Source: a virus (lineage: Duplodnaviria; Caudoviricetes). From it: 51,000 bases of DNA. The stretch is from IMG/VR virus record IMGVR_UViG_3300020409_000025, positions 1 to 51,000 of that record. One strand, given 5' to 3'. Every line of letters starts with the position of its first letter. Position 1 is the first letter of the stretch. A program made the position numbers and the translations under genes. Below are positions 45,507-51,000 of the stretch, piece by piece. Below the pieces are notes generated by a model. The model had not been told where the DNA came from. It ran no database searches and saw only the letters and a program-made list of their open reading frames with translations.

Positions 45507-46388
45507 ATGACAGAAGAAGTCAAAAATGAGGAACAGCCAAATCCTTATAATTTAAAAAAATCTTGGCACGAAGGAAATGATAAACCTTTTCAATCAGCAG
45601 ACCAGCTTTACTTTGAAGAGCCATCTGAAAAAAATAAATTATTTAAATCAGGTGATATTAATGAAGCAGAGCAGGTTGATAATGTTGAAGTAGATAATCT
45701 GGAAGCTAAGGATAGTCCTTATAAAAAACCAGACTACAAAAAACGTTACGATGATTTAAAAAAACATTATGATAGTAAACTTAATGAGTTTAAAGTCAGA
45801 GAGCAAGAGCTTTTAAATGAAGCAGCTAGTAATAGACCAGCTTATCAAGCTCCTAAAACTGAAGAAGAACTTGAAGAGTTTAAAACAAAATATCCTGATG
45901 TTTTTGAGGTTGTAGAAACAGTAGCTCATATGCAAAGCGAATCTAAGGCAAAAGTTCTAGAAGAACGTCTTAGTCAACTCCAAGAACGTGAAGCTCAAAT
46001 GTTAAAACAATCTGCAGAAGAAAGGTTAATGGAAAAACATCCTGATTTTGATGAAATTAGAAACAGTGATGACTTTCATTCATGGGCAAAAGAGCAACCC
46101 CAGTCTATACAAGATTGGATTTATAATAACTCTAATAACCCTGATTTAGCTAGTCGTGCATTGGATTTATTTAAAAAAGACTTAGGAATAGAAGCTGCTC
46201 CAAAAAAGACAACTTCTAAAAAGACTAAATCTGCTGCTGATATGGTATCTACTAAAACAACAAGTGTAGAACCTAAACAGGAAAAGATATGGTCGGAAAG
46301 GGAGATTGCTGCAATGAGTATGGCTGAGTTTGATAAACACGAAAGTGAAATCAGCGAAGCAATGCAACAAGGCAGAATCACAAAATAA
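45507..46388 (+). CDS. Capsid scaffolding protein (putative)
   Basis: Acidic coiled coil immediately before the capsid gene; YKKRYDDLKKHY and C-terminal EAMQQGRI motifs. Confidence 0.75.
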   Translation: MTEEVKNEEQPNPYNLKKSWHEGNDKPFQSADQLYFEEPSEKNKLFKSGDINEAEQVDNVEVDNLEAKDSPYKKPDYKKRYDDLKKHYDSKLNEFKVREQELLNEAASNRPAYQAPKTEEELEEFKTKYPDVFEVVETVAHMQSESKAKVLEERLSQLQEREAQMLKQSAEERLMEKHPDFDEIRNSDDFHSWAKEQPQSIQDWIYNNSNNPDLASRALDLFKKDLGIEAAPKKTTSKKTKSAADMVSTKTTSVEPKQEKIWSEREIAAMSMAEFDKHESEISEAMQQGRITK

Positions 46389-46413
46389 ACTATAAATACA
46401 CAGGAGTATTATC

Positions 46414-47397
46414 ATGGCTCAATATTTTGAACCGTCAACTGATACTGATGCAAACTTTGCGAACTCCGTAAGTGGACAAACTAATAGTTTCTTTTTACCT
46501 TCGATTTACTCTAAAAAGGTTTTAAACTTTTTCAGAAAAGCATCGGTGGTTGAAGCTATTACTAACACCGACTATGCCGGTGAAATATCTGCTTATGGAG
46601 ACTCCGTAAAGATTATTAAAGAACCTGTAATTTCTGTATCGGATTACACTAGGGGTTCTGATACTACTGCTACTAAATTAACTGACCAAGAGTTAACTTT
46701 AGTTGTAGATAGTGCAAAGGCTTTCAAATTCATCGTAGATGATATTGAAACTAATATGTCACACGTCAACTTCAAAGAAGTAGCAACTTCTTCTGCAGCT
46801 TACGCATTAAGAGATTCTTATGATGCTGCAGTAATTGCTGCTATGTTCTCTGGATTGTCTACATCTTCACCTGACCACACAATAGGTGCGGATGCTGCTG
46901 CTGCCACTCAAACTATGGGTCAGCATCAAGGTGGTTCTAACTCTATCGACCTTACAGGTTCTGATGGTACTGGAACTGACCCACTTGACATGATGGCATT
47001 TATGGCTAAATTGCTAGATGAGCAAAACGTTCCTGAAGAAGGAAGATGGTTCGTTGCACCACCTTCGTTCTACAATGAACTTTCTCAATCTGGTTCTAAG
47101 TTAATGTCTGTAGACTTTAACGCAGGTCAAGGCTCTATAAGAAATGGTCTTGTATCTAGTGGTAAATTAAGAGGATTTGACATGTACAAATCTAATAATG
47201 TTGCTGCTACTAGTACATGTACTGGCAAGGTTCTTGCTGGACACATTTCTTCTACTGCAACTGCTCAAACTATCATCTCAACTGAGGTCCTTAGAGACCC
47301 TAGTTCTTTTGGTGATATTGTAAGAGGATTGCACGTATATGGAGCTAAGGTCCTTAGACCAGAAGCTTTAGTCGGTGCTTTCTACACAGTAGACTAA
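46414..47397 (+). CDS. Major capsid protein
   Basis: PSIYSKKVLNFFRKASVVEAITNTDYAGEI...DIVRGLHVYGAKVLRPEAL; strong SD; followed by a terminator. Confidence 0.9.
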   Translation: MAQYFEPSTDTDANFANSVSGQTNSFFLPSIYSKKVLNFFRKASVVEAITNTDYAGEISAYGDSVKIIKEPVISVSDYTRGSDTTATKLTDQELTLVVDSAKAFKFIVDDIETNMSHVNFKEVATSSAAYALRDSYDAAVIAAMFSGLSTSSPDHTIGADAAAATQTMGQHQGGSNSIDLTGSDGTGTDPLDMMAFMAKLLDEQNVPEEGRWFVAPPSFYNELSQSGSKLMSVDFNAGQGSIRNGLVSSGKLRGFDMYKSNNVAATSTCTGKVLAGHISSTATAQTIISTEVLRDPSSFGDIVRGLHVYGAKVLRPEALVGAFYTVD

Positions 47398-47405
47398 ATA
47401 TAATT

Positions 47406-47431
47406 GGGGGAGTCTTCGGACTCCTCCTTTT
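47406..47431 (+). terminator. Rho-independent terminator after the capsid gene
   Basis: GGAGTC-TTCG-GACTCC stem with UUCG loop and T-tract. Confidence 0.85.
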
Positions 47432-47451
47432 AATATATAAAAGAGGTAAAT

Positions 47452-47652
47452 ATGTACGGAAATAAAAAAAAGAAAAAAATGATGGGTGGCGGTTACATGG
47501 ATAGAAAAGAAATGATGTACGGTGGCTCATCTAAAAGAATGAAAAAAGCTCATGGTGGTGGAATTCATTACTATGACTCAATAGAAGATAAAGAAAGAAA
47601 GTGTAATGCTGCAGTAGGTATGAACACTATGAAAAGTTCTACAGATAAATAA
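47452..47652 (+). CDS. Small basic Met/Gly-rich protein with xxxGG repeats
   Basis: GAGGT SD; KMMGG, MMYGG and KAHGG motifs. Confidence 0.65.
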   Translation: MYGNKKKKKMMGGGYMDRKEMMYGGSSKRMKKAHGGGIHYYDSIEDKERKCNAAVGMNTMKSSTDK

Positions 47653-47798
47653 TGCAAGTAGAAGCACCAAAAGGTTATCACTGGATGAAGTCTGGAAAAG
47701 GCTATAAACTTATGAAAGACCCTAAAGGTGGTTATAAACCTCACAAAGGAGCTAGTAAAAAAGCTAGTTTTAAAATACAAAAAGTTCATAAAAAATAA
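47652..47798 (+). CDS. Small basic protein (48 aa, APKGYHWMK...YKPHKGAS)
   Basis: TAATG-coupled on both sides. Not in the ORF track. Confidence 0.65.
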   Translation: MQVEAPKGYHWMKSGKGYKLMKDPKGGYKPHKGASKKASFKIQKVHKK

Positions 47799-48565
47799 TG
47801 GCAACTACATATTTAGATTTAACCAATGAAATACTTAGGGAACTAAACGAAGTTCCTTTAACTTCTACAAACTTTGCAAGTGCTGTAGGTTTTCAACAGT
47901 TTGTTAAAGATTCTATAAACAAAGCTATTTTTGATATAGCAAATGAAGAACCGCAGCTACCTTTCTTTTCCGCAGGAGTAAGTGGAGCAACAGACCCATT
48001 TTATGGTAATACAACTGTTGCGACAGTAGCTGGACAAAGATGGTATACATTAAAAGCTGATAGTTCTAGCATAACTACAGACTTTGCATCTATTGATTGG
48101 GATGATTTTTATATTACGACAATCAATGTTTCTGGTGAGTCAGCTCCTTTTGTTTCTAATGGATTAAAACATATTAACCTTGAAGAGTGGCGAAGATTTT
48201 TAAGAGACCCAGAAAATTCAGATGATGCAAATACACAAGCTTATGGTGAGCCTAAATATGTATTTAAATCGCCAGATAGTAGAAAGCTTGGGTTAAGTCC
48301 AATACCAGACAAAGTTTATAATGTACACTTTTATGCATTTAATAGACCAACAGCATTAAGTGCTTTTGGTGATGAAATAGTTTTTCCAGAACAATACAGT
48401 AATGTAATTACAGCTAGAGTTAGATACTATGTGTGGCAATTTAAAGAAAGTCCACAACAAGCTGCATTTGCATTAGAAGATTATAAAAAATCATTAAAAC
48501 ATATGAAGTCAAGTTTAATTAATCCTACCCCAAGAGCTATGGTAGATGACAGACTTTATTATTAA
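47798..48565 (+). CDS. Head-tail adaptor / tail tubular protein A-like
   Basis: MATTYLDLTNEILRELNEV and LSPIPDKVY motifs; position after the capsid gene. Confidence 0.7.
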   Translation: MATTYLDLTNEILRELNEVPLTSTNFASAVGFQQFVKDSINKAIFDIANEEPQLPFFSAGVSGATDPFYGNTTVATVAGQRWYTLKADSSSITTDFASIDWDDFYITTINVSGESAPFVSNGLKHINLEEWRRFLRDPENSDDANTQAYGEPKYVFKSPDSRKLGLSPIPDKVYNVHFYAFNRPTALSAFGDEIVFPEQYSNVITARVRYYVWQFKESPQQAAFALEDYKKSLKHMKSSLINPTPRAMVDDRLYY

Positions 48566-48568
48566 TTT

Positions 48569-50176
48569 ATGGCACGTTCACAACCATATACAGTAGCATG
48601 TTCAGGAGGTTTAGTTACCGCATCAAATGCTATTGATTTACTTAAAACTCCCGGTGTAGCAACTGAATTAAAAAACTTTGAAGTTTCTACTAAAGGTGGT
48701 TATAGACGTATTAATGGTTTTACAAAATTTGGTGGTGGTAGTGCAGTACAACCTACTGGAAGTACAGCAACTATTTTAGGTGCAATACCCTATGCAGATG
48801 GTGTAGTTGTTTGTGCAGGTACAAGTATTTATTTTAGTCAAACTGGTACAAGTTGGATGGAAATAAATAGAAGTAGTGTTTCTGCTAGTGGTGTAACTAA
48901 AACAGCATTTGAACTTCTTTCAGTTTTAACTAGAACTAATCAAGCACAATGTCAGTTTGCTTTATTTGAAAGTGCTACATCAGATTATGGAACATTAGTT
49001 ATTGCTGATGGAGTTAATAAACCTTATGCATTTAGAATGGAAGGTACAGGTGCATTAAATACTAGAACATTTTTTGGTGAAGAAATTACTGTTACAGGTA
49101 CAAAAGGAGTTGAGTATATAACAGTACATGATAAACATTTAATAGCTGCTGGAGTAGAAGATAATTTAAATACTATATTTTATAGTGGTACTTTAGACCC
49201 AACAGATTTTACTAGTACTGGTTCTGGTTCGATTGCTTTAGAAGACCAAGTAAAAGGTATTAAAAGTTTCCGTAATGAATTATTTATATTTTGTGAAAAC
49301 TCAATATTTAAATTACAGAATATAAATAATTCTAGTACGATAGCTGTAGTTCCAGTAACTAAAAACGTAGGTTGTTTAAGTGGTCATAGTATTCAAGAAA
49401 TTGGTGGTGACTTAATATTTTTAGCACCAGATGGATTAAGAACAGTAGCTGGTACAGCAAGAATTGGAGATGTAGAGTTAGGAACAGTTAGTAGTAATAT
49501 ACAAAATATTCTTAGTGATTTAGCAGAAAGCATAAATATATTTACAATTAATAGCGTAGTGTTAAGAGAAAAATCACAATACAGATTATTTTATACAAAT
49601 ACTGGAGCTTCGGATGCTACACAAAGAGGAATTATAGGAACACTAAGACCTAATGGTTTTGAGTGGTCTGAAACTAGAGGATTAGAAGTTACTGCTATTG
49701 GTTCTGGTTTTGATAATAATGGAGTTGAGCAATATTATCATGGCGATACTAATGGCAATGTTTACTTACATGACAACGGTAATGATTTTAACGGCACTGC
49801 TATTTTAGCAAGATATACTACACCAGACTATGATTATGGTGATTTAGGAACTTTAAAAACTTTACACTTTCTTAGAGTTTCTATGGCAACAGAAGGTATT
49901 GCAGAACCTGATGTACAAATTAAATTTGACTTTAATAGTTCAAATATTCAACAGCCTTCGGATTTATTTGATTTAGGAGTTATAAATCCACCCTCATTAT
50001 TTGGTGATGCAGTATTTAATACAAATAAATTTGCTGGACAAAATAATCCAATGATAAGAGTACCTCTACAGGGTAGTGGTACAAGTAATAATTTTACAAT
50101 AATAAGTAATGATACAAAACCAAGTTACACAGTTAACGGACTTTACGTAGACTTTATACCTTCAGGTAGGAGATAA
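48569..50176 (+). CDS. Tail nozzle / stabilisation protein (tubular protein B-like)
   Basis: GGYRRINGF and VGC...SIQEIGGDLIFLAPDGLR beta-propeller-type motifs. Confidence 0.7.
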   Translation: MARSQPYTVACSGGLVTASNAIDLLKTPGVATELKNFEVSTKGGYRRINGFTKFGGGSAVQPTGSTATILGAIPYADGVVVCAGTSIYFSQTGTSWMEINRSSVSASGVTKTAFELLSVLTRTNQAQCQFALFESATSDYGTLVIADGVNKPYAFRMEGTGALNTRTFFGEEITVTGTKGVEYITVHDKHLIAAGVEDNLNTIFYSGTLDPTDFTSTGSGSIALEDQVKGIKSFRNELFIFCENSIFKLQNINNSSTIAVVPVTKNVGCLSGHSIQEIGGDLIFLAPDGLRTVAGTARIGDVELGTVSSNIQNILSDLAESINIFTINSVVLREKSQYRLFYTNTGASDATQRGIIGTLRPNGFEWSETRGLEVTAIGSGFDNNGVEQYYHGDTNGNVYLHDNGNDFNGTAILARYTTPDYDYGDLGTLKTLHFLRVSMATEGIAEPDVQIKFDFNSSNIQQPSDLFDLGVINPPSLFGDAVFNTNKFAGQNNPMIRVPLQGSGTSNNFTIISNDTKPSYTVNGLYVDFIPSGRR

Positions 50177-50178
50177 TT

Positions 50179-51000
50179 ATGGCACAAACATATACAAGAC
50201 AGAGCTCATTTGCAGATGGAGATACTATAACTGCTGCTTTGTTTAATGATGAATATAACCAGTTAGTAAATGCTTTTGCATACTCTTCAAGTAGTGCAAG
50301 TTCTACTGGACACCGACACGATGGTACTGCTGCTCAAGGTGGTAATATATTTAAAATTGGTGATTTAGACTTTTTAAATAAAATAGAAGTTGATAGTTCT
50401 AATAATAGATGGGGATTTTATGTAGAAGTATCTGCTGCTGCTGTAGAACAAATTAGAATACAAGATGGTGCTATTGTTCCTGTTACTGACAGTGATATAG
50501 ATTTAGGAACAACTTCATTACGTTTTAAAGATACTTTTACTGACTCAATAACTACTACAGGTAATGTCGATGTTGGAGGTAATTTAACAGTCACAGGTAC
50601 TACAACTTTTAACGGTGGCACAATTACTATGGGTGATGCAGCAGACGATAATGTAGTATTTGGTGCAGATGTTAATTCAAATATTATTCCTAATACAGAC
50701 AACACATACGACTTAGGAAGTTCTTCTCAAGAGTGGAAAGACTTATATGTTGATGGTGTAGCTTATTTAGATGGTATTAATTTTAATGGTACAGCAATTA
50801 CTTCAACTGCTGCTGAACTTAACATTCTTGATGGGGTAACAAGTACTGCTGCAGAACTTAATATTTTAGATGGAGTTACAAGTACAACTGCTGAACTTAA
50901 CATTTTAGATGGAGTTACATCTACAGCAGCCGAACTAAATATACTTGATGGTGTTACTGCAACTGCAGCAGAATTAAATATACTAGACGGAGTTACAAGT
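50179..51000 (+). CDS. Tail fibre protein, N-terminal part (runs off the window and continues at base 2)
   Basis: AGGAG SD; MAQTYTRQSSFADGDTITAALFNDEYNQL...GHRHDG; ends in AELNILDGVT repeats. Confidence 0.9.
   Translation, partial: MAQTYTRQSSFADGDTITAALFNDEYNQLVNAFAYSSSSASSTGHRHDGTAAQGGNIFKIGDLDFLNKIEVDSSNNRWGFYVEVSAAAVEQIRIQDGAIVPVTDSDIDLGTTSLRFKDTFTDSITTTGNVDVGGNLTVTGTTTFNGGTITMGDAADDNVVFGADVNSNIIPNTDNTYDLGSSSQEWKDLYVDGVAYLDGINFNGTAITSTAAELNILDGVTSTAAELNILDGVTSTTAELNILDGVTSTAAELNILDGVTATAAELNILDGVTS

Noticed and set aside
7759-50705. Opposite-strand and nested ORFs in the track (e.g. 7759-7995, 9948-10217, 17969-18424, 25572-25805, 36698-36880, 40293-40613, 43234-43464, 43970-44416, 50418-50705)
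   Set aside because: These are mostly shadows of well-supported genes, with Ser/Leu/Phe-rich composition and no SD. 43234-43464 looks protein-like and could be a real overlapping gene, but I could not support it further.
1-51000. tRNA genes, integrase/att sites, RNA polymerase, introns/inteins, alternative genetic code
   Set aside because: None was recognised by eye, and core genes are intact and of normal length under the standard code. tRNAscan-SE was not run.

Overview
The window is an essentially complete, circularly permuted, AT-rich (~51 kb) genome of a lytic podovirus, probably marine. Its layout resembles Zobellviridae/SIO1/HMO-2011-related phages: T7-like replication genes, but no phage RNA polymerase and no integrase. 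The minus-strand arm (35.4 kb to 16.4 kb) carries about 30 small early ORFs, then SSB, primase-helicase, family A DNA polymerase, nucleases and class Ia ribonucleotide reductase. The plus-strand arm (37.5 kb to 51 kb, continuing at 1 to 16.4 kb) carries terminase, portal, scaffold, capsid, tail, tail fibre, internal virion proteins and holin-like genes. The window is cut inside the 39-bp repeats of the tail fibre gene. The most unusual signals are non-coding. (1) An array of six back-to-back RNA hairpins at 32.56-32.96 kb, one of which displays the reverse complement of an RBS plus ATG-AAA-AAA. (2) A promoter-driven ~370-nt leader with two identical pseudoknot modules and SD-like loops, one exactly complementary (12 nt) to that antisense loop. 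(3) Further anti-RBS elements upstream of the SSB and primase genes that match early-gene RBSs. Items 1-3 together suggest an undescribed phage antisense/decoy small-RNA network. (4) A perfect sigma70 promoter firing into ~850 bp of densely palindromic, gene-free DNA next to terS. All product calls come from motif recognition by eye; no database searches or folding programs were run.
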